Shown here: piece after piece, positions 41,628-52,341 of the stretch
Layout of the letters: every line of letters starts with the position of its first letter
Numbering within the stretch: position 1 is the first letter of the stretch
DNA from: Ostreococcus lucimarinus
Taxonomy: Eukaryota
DNA: 64,000 nucleotides
Reading direction: 5' to 3' (one strand)
NCBI GenBank assembly: GCA_000092065.1
Contig: CP000590.1
Notes under the pieces: generated by a model
Seen by the model: only the letters and a program-made list of their open reading frames with translations
Told to the model about the DNA's origin: nothing
The model's database searches: none
Made by a program: the position numbers and the translations under genes

Positions 41628-42818
41628 TCATTTCTTCGCCTTCTTCGCCGAAAGCGGCGATTTACCGACGCCTTTTGAGGGGGTCGGGGTTTTGCGCTTC
41701 ACCGGCGTCGCCTTTTGTGTCGTCGGTGTTTTCGACGTCGACGCTTTCGCCTCCGCGCCGCCGTCGTCGCCGACGACGCGCTTCTTGTGCAAATTGATCA
41801 TCTTCGTCAAGACGTGGAATCCGTCGTGGATTTGGAACGGCGTTCGATTGAAATCAAAGTGCACCGTTCGCTGATCGTCGGATATCTCCACGTCGATTTC
41901 CGCCTCGGATTTGGTTTGAATCAAAATGAAAGGAAGCTGAATGCCGGTGGGCGGCGGACCGTCCCCCGCGAGGGCTTTTTGGTTGCGTTCCACGAGCGCC
42001 ACGAGCGCGTCGTGTTGCTCCACGAGCTCGGCGAGGTAGTTGGTCTTCTGCTCGAACGCATCTATCGACTCCGTGGACGCCAATTCCCGATTCGACGTTC
42101 TCGGTCCCGCCGCCTTCGCGGGCGGCGGCGATTCGCCCGGTTTCACGTATCCCTCGGGGTATCCGTTCCAGAATATTTCCTTCTTCTTCTTTCTGATGAT
42201 TTCTAGCGCCATGAGAACATTAAGCGCGTCGTACACCCGTCGACGCACGTTCTTTTCGTCGAAATCCGCGTTCGTTTCTTCTGCAGTCACGCGAAGCTCC
42301 TCGACGAGCTCGTTCGCCACCTCGTTGTAAGACGTGTGCTTCTTCTCTTCAACCTTTTCGCACACGCGCATGCTAAAATGTCGCAACCCTTTCTGCTCGC
42401 GCTCGCCCGTCCCAGGAGTTTGCGGTAATGATTTTCGAATTTTGGACGACTTGGGCGTCGCGTACGCCTCATCGTCGCCAACTTCTGCTTTGACGCCCGC
42501 GCGCAAGTTCGCGCGCGCCGTGGCGATGATCCGTCGCGCCTGCGCGACGAATTCCGCCGCCTCCTGACACTTCTTTTCGGCCACCTCCGCGTCGTACTTC
42601 CCGATCGTAGGCGTCATCGCGCGCATCACCGTCGCTGCGGACGTCCCCGCCCTTTGAAATCGCAACCCGTCGTCCTCCGCCGCCTCGCGCCCGCTCACCC
42701 TCGCCGCCAAATCCCCGCGCTCGGGCGTCCCAAACTTCGGCGTAAACGCCCCACTATCCTCAAATCCCAACCCCGGCGACGTCGACTCCCCCCGTCGTCC
42801 TCCCTCGACGTCCCCCAT
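41628..42818 (-). CDS. DP: Transcription factor DP (E2F dimerisation partner)
   Basis: DP DNA-binding domain KGLRHFSMRVCEKVEEKKHTSYNEVANELV...DEKNVRRRVYDALNVLMALEIIRKKKKEIFWNGYP. True ATG at 42818; the listed start at 42830 is a TTG. Confidence 0.8.
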   Translation of the reverse strand: MGDVEGGRRGESTSPGLGFEDSGAFTPKFGTPERGDLAARVSGREAAEDDGLRFQRAGTSAATVMRAMTPTIGKYDAEVAEKKCQEAAEFVAQARRIIATARANLRAGVKAEVGDDEAYATPKSSKIRKSLPQTPGTGEREQKGLRHFSMRVCEKVEEKKHTSYNEVANELVEELRVTAEETNADFDEKNVRRRVYDALNVLMALEIIRKKKKEIFWNGYPEGYVKPGESPPPAKAAGPRTSNRELASTESIDAFEQKTNYLAELVEQHDALVALVERNQKALAGDGPPPTGIQLPFILIQTKSEAEIDVEISDDQRTVHFDFNRTPFQIHDGFHVLTKMINLHKKRVVGDDGGAEAKASTSKTPTTQKATPVKRKTPTPSKGVGKSPLSAKKAKK

Positions 42819-43436
42819 GAACGCATTCAACGCATCCGCGTCGGCTAAGCCTACCCTCGCGCGTTCCGCTCGTCAGTCTCTCGCGTCTCTCGCTCGTCTC
42901 TCGTCTCTCGTCTCTCCTTCGCCTCGTTCCATTCGCACCTGAATCCCCGAGCACATCGTCGACGTCCGCGTACTCCGACACCCCCTACGCCTCGTTCGCG
43001 CGCCGCGCTTCGCCGTCAGTCGCCTCTTCGGTTTCGCCGCGTCTCGCGCGTCTTCGTCCTTTAAAATCTCCAAAAAATCTCCGCATAAAGCCATCTGTCG
43101 AATCGTCCGTCGTCCGTCGTCTCGCGTTCGCCTCGCGTCTCGCACGCACCGCGTCTCGCAGCGATCGAAACAGTTCCTCCGCCAGCGCGTCGTCGTCGCG
43201 CGAGGTCGTCGCCGTCGCCGTCGTCGCGCGTCGTCGTCGCGTCGACATGTCGAGCGCGAATTCCGAAACGTCGCGTCGCGCGTCGCGTCGCGCGCGCGAT
43301 GGGACGCGCGCGACGCGCGATGGGACGCGCGCGCGTCGCGCGCGTTCGCGCGGCTCGACGGCGCCGCGGTGCGCGCGCGTGTGACGCGCGCGACGCGACG
43401 ACGTCGGTTCGAACGACACTTCGCGACCGCGCGCGC

Positions 43437-43955
43437 ATGGCGACGTCGCGCGTCGCGCGCGCGACGCTGGACGTGCGAGGATACGCCGCGGATGGAAGCG
43501 CGCATCGCGTGAGCGCGCGCGCGAGCTTCGAGTACGCGTACGAGACGAGGGAGGACGACGCGAACGCGACGGTGCGAGTGATGCTCACGCCGAGCGACGG
43601 ACGGGCGACGTTCGCGCGGTACGCGTGCGCGCTGACGCGGGAACGGTTCGAAACGATGCGACGGGAACAGTCGTTGACGCTGCGGACGGCGAGGGAGTGC
43701 GCGGAGACGTGCGGGAGGGCGCTGGAGAAGGCGGCGCGCGGGGAGGGGCTCGCGGTGTTGGCGTGCGACGCGAAGAGCGGGAAAGCGAGGTTGGAGATCG
43801 TGGAGGAGTACGCGAATAGGTTGGTGAGCGTGATGGAGATGGAGTTTGAGATGATGGATGACGTCGAGGTCAGGGCGAGGGTGTCGGAGGAGTACGGGCG
43901 GATGAAGCGGACGTTGGCGGCGTACGAAGCCAAGTTTGGTCGGTTGGAGGCGTGA
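43437..43955 (+). CDS. Hypothetical protein (about 172 aa), no recognisable domain
   Basis: Unbiased composition from MATSRVARATLDVRGYAADG... to a stop at 43955. The upstream part of the listed ORF is R-rich. Confidence 0.3.
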   Translation: MATSRVARATLDVRGYAADGSAHRVSARASFEYAYETREDDANATVRVMLTPSDGRATFARYACALTRERFETMRREQSLTLRTARECAETCGRALEKAARGEGLAVLACDAKSGKARLEIVEEYANRLVSVMEMEFEMMDDVEVRARVSEEYGRMKRTLAAYEAKFGRLEA

Positions 43956-44043
43956 GGAAGACGCGCGCGTTTGATCGTTTGTATTGATAACCAGTAAGAA
44001 TCTCCGATACTAGTGCTTCTACTTTCCTTCTGCGGTCGTCGCG

Positions 44044-46965
44044 CTACATCGGATTTATGAGGCCGATTGGCTGAGTCTGGCCTAAGCGGCCGCGCGGAGG
44101 CGTCGGCGGACGATCGCGGTTGACGTCTTGCAGCCACAAGTTGTCGTCGATGCGGTCGGAGGGCGATAAAGACTCCATGGCGATCGGTGGTAACGGGTGG
44201 ATGAGCTTGGGGTATAACGTCAGATCGCGCCCTAACACCAGAATCGCTCCGGCGTTATTCGCGGTCCCGCAATAGTTTGTTGCGCTAAAGACGGTGAGCA
44301 GTTGTCCTTGGGCGAAACGCTCGAAACCGTCCATGACGCACTCGTGCGCGCGGATGATCATCTGGATCCCGTTCGTTTCGCAGAACGCCTTCACACGATC
44401 TGGCCCGAAAGTCACGAGACCTGGACCCCGCGCGTTCGGGCGTAAACCTTCGATACCATCGTTCTCTGTCGGGTCGCTCCAGAGAATGTCCATGAGCTCG
44501 ACGCCGCCGTTTTCCATGTTCAACGGTCGCTTCAGCTCATTGATTTGCGAGATGTGCGTCAAGCTACGGCCGATACCACCGTGCATGCAGCAAATACGAT
44601 CCTCGATGACGGCCGCAAGCGGGAGCCATTCGAACAACTCGTTGAATCTTCGCCAGACTGCGTCGCCCGCGGATTCGCCCAGACGCTCGACGCACTCGAT
44701 GCGGAATCCAAACAACGCATTGATGTCCGACTCTTCGTGGTTACCGCGAAGTAAATGCACAGCTTGCGGGTGCTCAATTTTCAGCGCGAGCAGCAGAGAA
44801 ATGGTCTCCAAGGAGTACGCACCGCGATCGACGTAGTCTCCCAAGAAAACGTAATCGATGTATGCGATGTCGCCCGCCGTCGATGGCGCGCCGTATTCGG
44901 CGAATAACCGCATCAAATCTCCAAACTGACCGTGCAGGTCGCCAAAGATTTTCGCCGGACCTTTCACCGTAAGTACGGTCTCTTCGTTCTTGAAACAATG
45001 CTCTGCGGCGTCGCATAACTCGTTGATGGCGCTCGCGCTAAGAAAGAATCGACGATCCGTGCTCGGCTCCCAGGTGTGCGGATGAAGCAAGTGCGTGAGC
45101 ACGGCCTTGTGCACGGGTTGCGCCCCGAGCTCAGCGGCGCGTCTCGCGCGCGCCATCTTCGCTGGAGTGTCTCCGGGGGTGAGCATATCCACACCGGGAG
45201 TACCGATGCGTCGCGCCTCGTTTTCAAACTGATCGATGGACAGCTGCCGCACCATGCTCGCGACGCCTCGCGGCGTTGACTTCGCGCCAGAATCTGGCGG
45301 CGCGGCGGCAACGACTACGGCACGATGATGTAACCTAACTTCCGACGCGGGCGTGCGTAGAGCCGATTCTGGGGAGCCGAAACGAGCGAATCCAGGCGAT
45401 GGCGTGTGCACGGACGATCCCGGAGAGCCAGAGTCAGATTCGCCCAACGAAAACTTTCTTCGAGCGACCAACTCGAGCGCGGCTGCCGCTTCTTGCGCGC
45501 TCGCCGCACGCAGCTCTTTCTCCGCAGCGGCGTTCATGTTGTCGGGCGAATCCGGGGACCCCGGCGAACCTCCGAGCGGTCGCAAGGCGATGCCCTCGGG
45601 AGACGAGGGCGAACTGAAGGATCCGTTTGAATACGTTGCGTCTCGTTGCGTGTTGATTGCGAACGAGTCTCGAACGTTTCTCGGCGAGTGCATTCCTAAT
45701 ATATCAGCCGACAGCCCGGTTTCACCGAGCCATTTACGCCAAGCCAAGGAATTCGGATCGATGAGAGTCGCGAGCTCTCGCGTGCGTTCGGCGCGCGTCG
45801 AACCGCTCTCTTGCGGCGGCTCTTCGAGCACGACCAAATCATCCAACAACGTTCCGTTTCTCAAACCACCGTGCACGAAAATGAATGGACCATACGCCAC
45901 ACTTGCATGGCGGCACCGTCGTCCGACGAGTGAGCTCGCGTCGTAGGAAAGCTGTGCCTTGCCCTCGGAACTCTTCGCGTCCCGCCATCCCGTGCTTCCA
46001 CCCGACGACGTGTCCAGCATCGACATCGTCGCTTCGTTCGTGACGAGCTGTCCCCCACCCGACGCCCCACCGGTGATGTGCAATCTCGTGTCCACGAATG
46101 CGGTCGCGTGCTGGTATCGACGCGTTGGTGCCTTGCCCGGCGCTTCGGCCCACTCCCAACGCCCGTCGCGGTGCCTAGCCAAACCGTACGCGTCATTCAG
46201 CGCGAAACCGTCCGCACCGCGGCCACCGCAGAGCAGCAACAGACCATCGCTTCGAGTACTCGCGCTCGCGTACGTTCTCGCGCTCGGCACGGGCCCACTC
46301 GGCGCGCACTTGGTCCATTCGTACGGTTTCGTCGTCGTGTCCAACACCCACGTATCGTCCAAGCACTTCGAACCGTCCGTCCCCCCGATCACCACCAAAA
46401 ATCTCTGCGCCACGAAACTCAACACGTGCGCGTATCGTTGCCCCGGACCTTGCCCCCGCACGTGCACGCGGTGCCACTTCGGGTCCCTCGTCGCTAAATC
46501 CAACACGTACAAATCTTCATCCGCCAACCCGTCCGGCCCGATGCCGCCGAGCACGACGAGCATCCCTCCCACCGTGGCCGCCCCGTGCGCCGCCCGCGGG
46601 CTCGGCACGTCACCGCCGCACTCCAACTTCCCCCACTCCCCGTTAAACGGGTCCAAGACGTGCAATTCATTCGTCGCGCCGCTCAGCTTGACCCACGCGC
46701 CCGCGTCTCGACCCGCCTGCGGGCTCAACCCCACGTTCGCGCTCGCGTTCGCCCCGCTTCCGCCCTCGAGCTCGGTCGCACCCCCGAACGTGACTATCTT
46801 CGTCTTTTGATTCCATCGCAGCGCCGTCATCGTGTGTCCACAGCGCGCGCCCGGCGCCGAAGACGTCGCGAACGTTTTCGAGTCATTCGCGAACGTCGAC
46901 GCGTTATTCGTCGCGTCCGCGAACCCAGCGCGCGATCGCGTCGCGTCGAACGGCGCGGCGAGCAT
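44044..46965 (-). CDS. Kelch-repeat Ser/Thr protein phosphatase of the BSU1/BSL (PPKL) type
   Basis: N-terminal kelch beta-propeller blades. C-terminal PPP catalytic domain GDYVDRG, GNHE, HGG, RAHE(CVMDGFE), plus LMDILWSDP. ATG at 46965; the listed 47037 is a TTG. Confidence 0.8.
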   Translation of the reverse strand: MLAAPFDATRSRAGFADATNNASTFANDSKTFATSSAPGARCGHTMTALRWNQKTKIVTFGGATELEGGSGANASANVGLSPQAGRDAGAWVKLSGATNELHVLDPFNGEWGKLECGGDVPSPRAAHGAATVGGMLVVLGGIGPDGLADEDLYVLDLATRDPKWHRVHVRGQGPGQRYAHVLSFVAQRFLVVIGGTDGSKCLDDTWVLDTTTKPYEWTKCAPSGPVPSARTYASASTRSDGLLLLCGGRGADGFALNDAYGLARHRDGRWEWAEAPGKAPTRRYQHATAFVDTRLHITGGASGGGQLVTNEATMSMLDTSSGGSTGWRDAKSSEGKAQLSYDASSLVGRRCRHASVAYGPFIFVHGGLRNGTLLDDLVVLEEPPQESGSTRAERTRELATLIDPNSLAWRKWLGETGLSADILGMHSPRNVRDSFAINTQRDATYSNGSFSSPSSPEGIALRPLGGSPGSPDSPDNMNAAAEKELRAASAQEAAAALELVARRKFSLGESDSGSPGSSVHTPSPGFARFGSPESALRTPASEVRLHHRAVVVAAAPPDSGAKSTPRGVASMVRQLSIDQFENEARRIGTPGVDMLTPGDTPAKMARARRAAELGAQPVHKAVLTHLLHPHTWEPSTDRRFFLSASAINELCDAAEHCFKNEETVLTVKGPAKIFGDLHGQFGDLMRLFAEYGAPSTAGDIAYIDYVFLGDYVDRGAYSLETISLLLALKIEHPQAVHLLRGNHEESDINALFGFRIECVERLGESAGDAVWRRFNELFEWLPLAAVIEDRICCMHGGIGRSLTHISQINELKRPLNMENGGVELMDILWSDPTENDGIEGLRPNARGPGLVTFGPDRVKAFCETNGIQMIIRAHECVMDGFERFAQGQLLTVFSATNYCGTANNAGAILVLGRDLTLYPKLIHPLPPIAMESLSPSDRIDDNLWLQDVNRDRPPTPPRGRLGQTQPIGLINPM

Positions 46966-47091
46966 TCTTCGCCCTCTGCGCGCCCGCGCGACGCGCAGTT
47001 CGCCGCTCGCGCGTCGTTCTGACGCGCAGTCGTTCAAGATTTTTGAATTTCAACGACGCGCGCGCGACAGTCGCGGCACTCGCGCGCGCGC

Positions 47092-48942
47092 ATGCCGCCG
47101 GCGACGCGGTCGCCGCTCGACGCGATCGCGCGAAACGTCGACATGCGCGCCTCGGCGCTGAGCGCGGTGGAGAAGTTGGCGCTCGAGGCCGACGCGACGG
47201 CGCTGTCGCCGATCGACGTCGCGCGCGCGCCGCGCGTCGAGACGACTCGCGCGCGCGAGAGCGACGCGACGGCGCGCGAGAGCGACGCGAACGCGCGCGA
47301 GGACGACGCGCGCGAGGACGACGCGGACGAGGCGTCGACGGCGACGACGGAGTATCGAGAGACGGTGGCGCTGCTGCGCGCGCAGACGACGGCGCTGCGC
47401 GAGGCGAACGAAGCGCGCGAGGAGCTCGAGGAAGCGCTTCGCGAGGCGGAGACGACGAAGGCGACGCTCGAGGGCGACGCGCTGGAGCGAATGCGCGCGG
47501 TGCGGGGAGAGATGGAATCGCTTCGCGCGACGCTGGAGGAGGTGGTGGAGAGTCGGCGACGCGCGCGAGAGGGGGAGGCGAACGCGGTGGCGCGAGCGAA
47601 GGCGTCGGAGGAGACGCTCGCGCGCGAGAGGGAATCGCACGAGCGCGCGGTGGAGGAAATGCGCGCGGAGCTGGCGCTCGCGCGGTCGAGCGCGGAAATC
47701 GCGGCTCGAGGCGTGCGAACGAAGGACGGCGTCGAAGTCACCGCGGAGCTGTACGAACAGTCGCACTCGATGGAAAAGAAGGCGTTGAAGGATGCGCAGC
47801 GGGCCAAAAACGCGCTCGTGGAGCAGAAGAAAACGCTCGAGGCGCTGGAGAAGCGATTGCGCGACACGAGGTCGCGCGCGGATTTAGCCGAAGCCAAGTG
47901 CCGAGAATTGAAATCGGCGCAAAAACGATGGGATCGATTGGAAGCCGGTGGTGATAACGCGTTCGCACAGTCCCCTGCCTCGGCAGCTACGCCGCGGACG
48001 CTGCGACAGAGCCATCGCGACGTGCGGGCGTACGCCGCCCAGCGCGTGGAGGCGTTGGAGAAGGATGTCAAGACGACGCGGCGCGAAGCTACGCTAGCGA
48101 CTGCGGATTTAGATTCAAAGTTAGCCGCCGAGTCAGGCACGCGTAGCGCTGTGCAAGGAAGCTTGGAGAGCGCACGCGCGCGTATCCGCGTGCTCGAAGG
48201 TGAGCGTGATGCGTTGCGAGCGCGCGCCGAGGCGGCAGAGACTGAGGTCGCAGATTTGAAGATGACGCTCAAGTTGACGGAGGAACGCGCGGCGCAAGCG
48301 GAGGAAACGGCGGCGAAAGAAATCGCGGCGGCTATGGACGCGATGCACCGAGTTCATTCGGCAGAAGACGCCCTGATGTCCGCCTCGCACCAGCAAGAGG
48401 AGGCGGTCAAGGCGAAAAGTGCAATGAAGCGGCGCGAATACGGAGAGAAGACGCGTGAGCTCGAGGAACGCATCGAAGCCGCTGAACGGGCGCGCGATGC
48501 CGCAGCGCAACGCGCACAAGTGGCGGAGGATGCACGCAGACGCGCCGAGTCCGAACTTGCGCGCGCGCAGACGAGCACAGCGCGCGACGGCGACGGCGCC
48601 GACGTCCGCGAACGAATTTGCGCCGCCGAGGACAGAGCGCTTCGCGCCGAGGAAGAGCTCTCTCAAGTCCGTAAAGCCGCGCGCGATGCCGCGCGCAACG
48701 CAAACGAATCCATCTCGCCGTCGCCCGAACGCGTGGCGCACCGACCACCGTTCTCGCAATCGCGACCGACTCGTCTTGCGCGCGAGCGCGACGGCCAACG
48801 CGCCGCCGCCGCCGAGCTCCTGCACAGCCTTCGCGCCAAACTCGAGGCCAGTTCCCCGTCGATCGGGCAGAAGTCGAAAAGTAGATTCACGGATGCCGAT
48901 CACGACGACGCCTCGTACGCTACGCCCGTGAAACGGGCTTGA
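47092..48942 (+). CDS. Long coiled-coil protein (616 aa), function unknown
   Basis: Uninterrupted ORF with heptad-like E/R/A/L-rich periodicity throughout. ATG at 47092. Confidence 0.5.
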   Translation: MPPATRSPLDAIARNVDMRASALSAVEKLALEADATALSPIDVARAPRVETTRARESDATARESDANAREDDAREDDADEASTATTEYRETVALLRAQTTALREANEAREELEEALREAETTKATLEGDALERMRAVRGEMESLRATLEEVVESRRRAREGEANAVARAKASEETLARERESHERAVEEMRAELALARSSAEIAARGVRTKDGVEVTAELYEQSHSMEKKALKDAQRAKNALVEQKKTLEALEKRLRDTRSRADLAEAKCRELKSAQKRWDRLEAGGDNAFAQSPASAATPRTLRQSHRDVRAYAAQRVEALEKDVKTTRREATLATADLDSKLAAESGTRSAVQGSLESARARIRVLEGERDALRARAEAAETEVADLKMTLKLTEERAAQAEETAAKEIAAAMDAMHRVHSAEDALMSASHQQEEAVKAKSAMKRREYGEKTRELEERIEAAERARDAAAQRAQVAEDARRRAESELARAQTSTARDGDGADVRERICAAEDRALRAEEELSQVRKAARDAARNANESISPSPERVAHRPPFSQSRPTRLARERDGQRAAAAELLHSLRAKLEASSPSIGQKSKSRFTDADHDDASYATPVKRA

Positions 48943-49016
48943 TAGATATTTAATGTACCAACTCCCGACTCCCAGCGACCTCGACCGCCACTCCGCGGCT
49001 CGCACGTCTCCCAACC

Positions 49017-49913
49017 ATGCGCCTGGATCTCGCCCGCGTCGCCAGATTCGCCCAGCGCACGACGGGCGACGCTTCGGACGCGACGCCGAGTCGTCACACC
49101 ACTCCAGCGCGGCGTAAAACAATTTCAATGACGCTCATGGCCATCGTGCACGGCTTTGGATTACTCACCTTAACCGTCCCGGAAAACGATCTCACGGCGA
49201 ACGGGTTCGACAACAGCACCGCGCGTACGCTCCTCGCGCTGTTTGCGTTCGATGTCGTCGCGTACTGGCGCGTGCTCGGAAGCGATCCCGGATACGTGGA
49301 CGCGAGCGAGGACGCGAACGACGACGCCGAGGACGGCGAGCGACGCGCGTGCGAAAAATGCGCCGGCGCGCGCGTGCCGCTGCGAGCGAAACACTGTCAC
49401 GTGTGCGAAAGATGCGTGCGAAAATTTGATCATCACTGCTTTTGGGTCGGGACGTGCGTGGGCGAGCGGAACCACGGACGGTTTTGGTGGTTTTTGTTGG
49501 CGCAGTCGTGCGTCGCGGCGCACGCGTGTTGGATCGCGGTCACGGGCGTCGTGGGAGCGACGGTGAATCACGCGACGTGGTTCGATGTCTGGCGTGATAA
49601 CGCGTGGAGTGCGATGGCGTGCGGATACACGCAAATGATGACGCTGTTTGTGGGATTTTTATTCGTGTTTCACAGTTATTTATTGCTCAGCGGGCAGACG
49701 ACGTGGGAGGTGAGCAGCGAGCAGCGGGTGACGTATTTGCGGTCTTTACCGCGCGGGAGCAAGCCATTTGACGAGGGTGCGATCGAAAACGCGCGCACGG
49801 CGTGTTTTCCGAGAAAGATTCCCAAAACTTGGCGCATTCCGAGTGTAGAAACGTTGCAGGCTCGAGAAAACGAGCAAACCTTCTTCCAAAACGATCACTA
49901 TAGCTGCTTCTAG
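49017..49913 (+). CDS. DHHC-type protein S-acyltransferase
   Basis: DHHC-CRD: [42 protein letters not shown], flanked by TM helices. Confidence 0.8.
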   Translation: MRLDLARVARFAQRTTGDASDATPSRHTTPARRKTISMTLMAIVHGFGLLTLTVPENDLTANGFDNSTARTLLALFAFDVVAYWRVLGSDPGYVDASEDANDDAEDGERRACEKCAGARVPLRAKHCHVCERCVRKFDHHCFWVGTCVGERNHGRFWWFLLAQSCVAAHACWIAVTGVVGATVNHATWFDVWRDNAWSAMACGYTQMMTLFVGFLFVFHSYLLLSGQTTWEVSSEQRVTYLRSLPRGSKPFDEGAIENARTACFPRKIPKTWRIPSVETLQARENEQTFFQNDHYSCF

Positions 49914-49936
49914 ATTTGCTTGTATTGCATAGACTT

Positions 49937-51025
49937 TTAGCCTTGAAAGAATGTGTGCTTCGAGGGTTCGCTCGGAACGTATTCTATCGGCCCGACGACG
50001 ACGGCGGCTTCGGGCAACGGCGCGCCAGGTGACGGGATCTTTTGAAAGAAGACCACCTCGTTCTCTTTGACAGCTTTCGCTGCGAGTGCGGCCACACGCG
50101 AGGCGAGCTCGCCGTGATACGTCGCCCACGAGACGATTTCTCCGGAGGCCTGCGCGCAATCGCGCACGGCTTCCTCCGCGCGCCTACACGCTGCGATGAC
50201 TTCGCCGCACTCGTCCGCAGCGCGCCGCGCCTCGGCGTGCGCGAGAAATGCCTCCGCTTCGTGCGTCTTCCAAGCTACCAGCACGCCGGCCGTCAAAAAT
50301 ATGTCCACGCCGTTCCAATCGCATCGACGCGACTGCAACACCGCGTTGGCATCGCGGTACAACTCGCTCGCGCCGCGATGCAGCCGCGCGCGCAAATTCG
50401 CCGCGCTTCCGCGTTCGAGCGCTCGCCGACACGCCGCGCCCTGCGCGTCACCGAGCGAAATCAACGTCATCACCTCCGCCATCGACGCCGTGAGTTCATT
50501 CGCCACGCATTCACCATCCAACGACGCCTTCAGCGGCGGCAAAACCGTCTCCTGCAAGTGCTTGAACATCCCCGCCGCGACTCTCGCGTTCTTCGAGCAG
50601 CTCGCCGCGCCCGCGTCGCCCAATCCTCCCTCCGCCATCCGCGCCGCCGTCTCTCGCGCGCAAAGTCTTCTGTGACACGACGCGAGTCCAAACAGCGCGA
50701 ACGCGCGCTCGCCGGCCAATCCCGGCGCCGGATACGACCTCGCCTCGCGTCCGCTCTCGAGCGTCGACGCCCATCGCGCCGTCGGCCCCTCCCCGCGGTC
50801 CAGCGCCTCCAGCGCGCCCTCCGCCTCCGTGATCACGTCCACGTATCGCTCGTACTTGCGCCTTCCGACGTCCGCGTCCGCGTGCGCCGCCGCGTGCGCG
50901 CACGACGCGCGCGCGGCGTTCAACGCGCGAAGTCGTTGGAACGCGAGCGAATCCGCGGCGCCGTCGGCGACGAACTCGATCGCCTCGGGCGTCAGCGCGC
51001 GCGCGTAGTCGATCGGCAGGAACAT
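49937..51025 (-). CDS. BROX-like BRO1-domain protein (362 aa). The listed ORF extends to 52360 through P/R-rich junk.
   Basis: Aligns with BROX, for example AAGMFKHLQETVLPPL with BROX AAGIFKHLKESHLPKL, and FFQKIP with BROX YFQKIP. No C-terminal CAAX. ATG at 51025. Confidence 0.6.
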   Translation of the reverse strand: MFLPIDYARALTPEAIEFVADGAADSLAFQRLRALNAARASCAHAAAHADADVGRRKYERYVDVITEAEGALEALDRGEGPTARWASTLESGREARSYPAPGLAGERAFALFGLASCHRRLCARETAARMAEGGLGDAGAASCSKNARVAAGMFKHLQETVLPPLKASLDGECVANELTASMAEVMTLISLGDAQGAACRRALERGSAANLRARLHRGASELYRDANAVLQSRRCDWNGVDIFLTAGVLVAWKTHEAEAFLAHAEARRAADECGEVIAACRRAEEAVRDCAQASGEIVSWATYHGELASRVAALAAKAVKENEVVFFQKIPSPGAPLPEAAVVVGPIEYVPSEPSKHTFFQG

Positions 51026-51108
51026 CTCGCGCGTCGTCGCGCGCGCGCGCGAGGGCCCGACGCGCCGTCGCGGCGCGCGGCGCGAGATGGCGTCGGACGG
51101 CGCGCGCG

Positions 51109-52260
51109 ATGCATCGAACTTTCGCCGCACCGCGACGCGCGCGCGGCGCGCGACGCGCGCGCGCGATGACGCGCGAATCACCCGCGACGGCGTCGACGTC
51201 CGCGCGCGCGTTTCTGCGCGGCGGCGCGTTCGAGCGCGCGGTGGCGACGCGTTCTTGGCCGTTTTTGGGCCTCTTCGCCGCGCGCGACGACGACGACGCG
51301 CGCGACGACGACGACGCGCGCGGCGAGGACGACGCGCGCGACGACGACGACGTCGCGAAAGTCGAGACCGTCGCGCGCGCGTCGCTCGATGGGCGCGTCG
51401 CGTACGATAAAGCGGCGTTGCTGCGACTTCGGGACGCGGCGGCGTCGAGCGGGACGCCGCCGGGCGCGACGGAGGAAGACATGCGGGCGTACCCTTGGCG
51501 CGCGCGCGTGGATGTGGGTCAAGGCGCGAGCGAGGTCGAGAATGACGCGGAGGAAGACGCGGTGACGGCGGCGGCGACGGCGAGGGTGGTGATGGAGACG
51601 GAGGCGGTCGCGCGCGCGCGGTCGGCGTGGCGCGAGCGGGAGACGTTCGAGGCGGACGCGGAACAGGCGGCGGTGGCGTTGAGGCGGGTGTTGGCGCGCG
51701 AATCGGAAGGTGACGGTGATGCGGTGAGCGAGGGTTATCGGGTGACGTTTCGCGACGGCGCCGTGCGGGCGTTCGTGCGAAAGCTGACGCGCGAACGGTT
51801 CGGCGATTTGTCGGCGGCGGATTTGGATCTTCGCGAGACGTCGCGAGAAGGAGAGACAGCGGTTTTGTACGGCACGCGAAGGCTCGCGGAAGACGGCGCG
51901 TACGAAGTGAGCGTGGCGTTCGTACATCCGTGGGATGGTGAACTCGAGCACGTGGTTTCGTGGCTCTCAAAACCGGCGGACGATTCGGAAACCGTCGTCT
52001 CGCCCGTGGGTTGGCTTCGCGCGAACGCCAGTCTCGGCGCCAGTTTACCCCCGAACGCGAAACGTGCGTACGACGACATCGCCACTGGTCGTGGCGATGC
52101 GCATGTGAACGTCTCAGCCGCGCGATTGTTTGTCGCGCTCGACGTCTCGACGAGCGCGTGCGGCCCTTTGGTGATGGAGTGTTACGATTTAGAATCGCGC
52201 GCGGGCGTAGAGTACTTCCTCGGGGGTGCCGACGCGGCGGAGCACGACGAGGATTATTAG
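51109..52260 (+). CDS. Hypothetical acidic protein (383 aa)
   Basis: Real ATG. Divergent from the BROX-like gene. Unbiased composition in the C-terminal two-thirds. No recognisable domain. Confidence 0.35.
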   Translation: MHRTFAAPRRARGARRARAMTRESPATASTSARAFLRGGAFERAVATRSWPFLGLFAARDDDDARDDDDARGEDDARDDDDVAKVETVARASLDGRVAYDKAALLRLRDAAASSGTPPGATEEDMRAYPWRARVDVGQGASEVENDAEEDAVTAAATARVVMETEAVARARSAWRERETFEADAEQAAVALRRVLARESEGDGDAVSEGYRVTFRDGAVRAFVRKLTRERFGDLSAADLDLRETSREGETAVLYGTRRLAEDGAYEVSVAFVHPWDGELEHVVSWLSKPADDSETVVSPVGWLRANASLGASLPPNAKRAYDDIATGRGDAHVNVSAARLFVALDVSTSACGPLVMECYDLESRAGVEYFLGGADAAEHDEDY

Positions 52261-52341
52261 CGAGATAGCTCGATAGGCTTTTGCAACGTGAATGACAACG
52301 ATTATTATATGCGTGCGCAGTACGGAGACGAACATCGTTGT

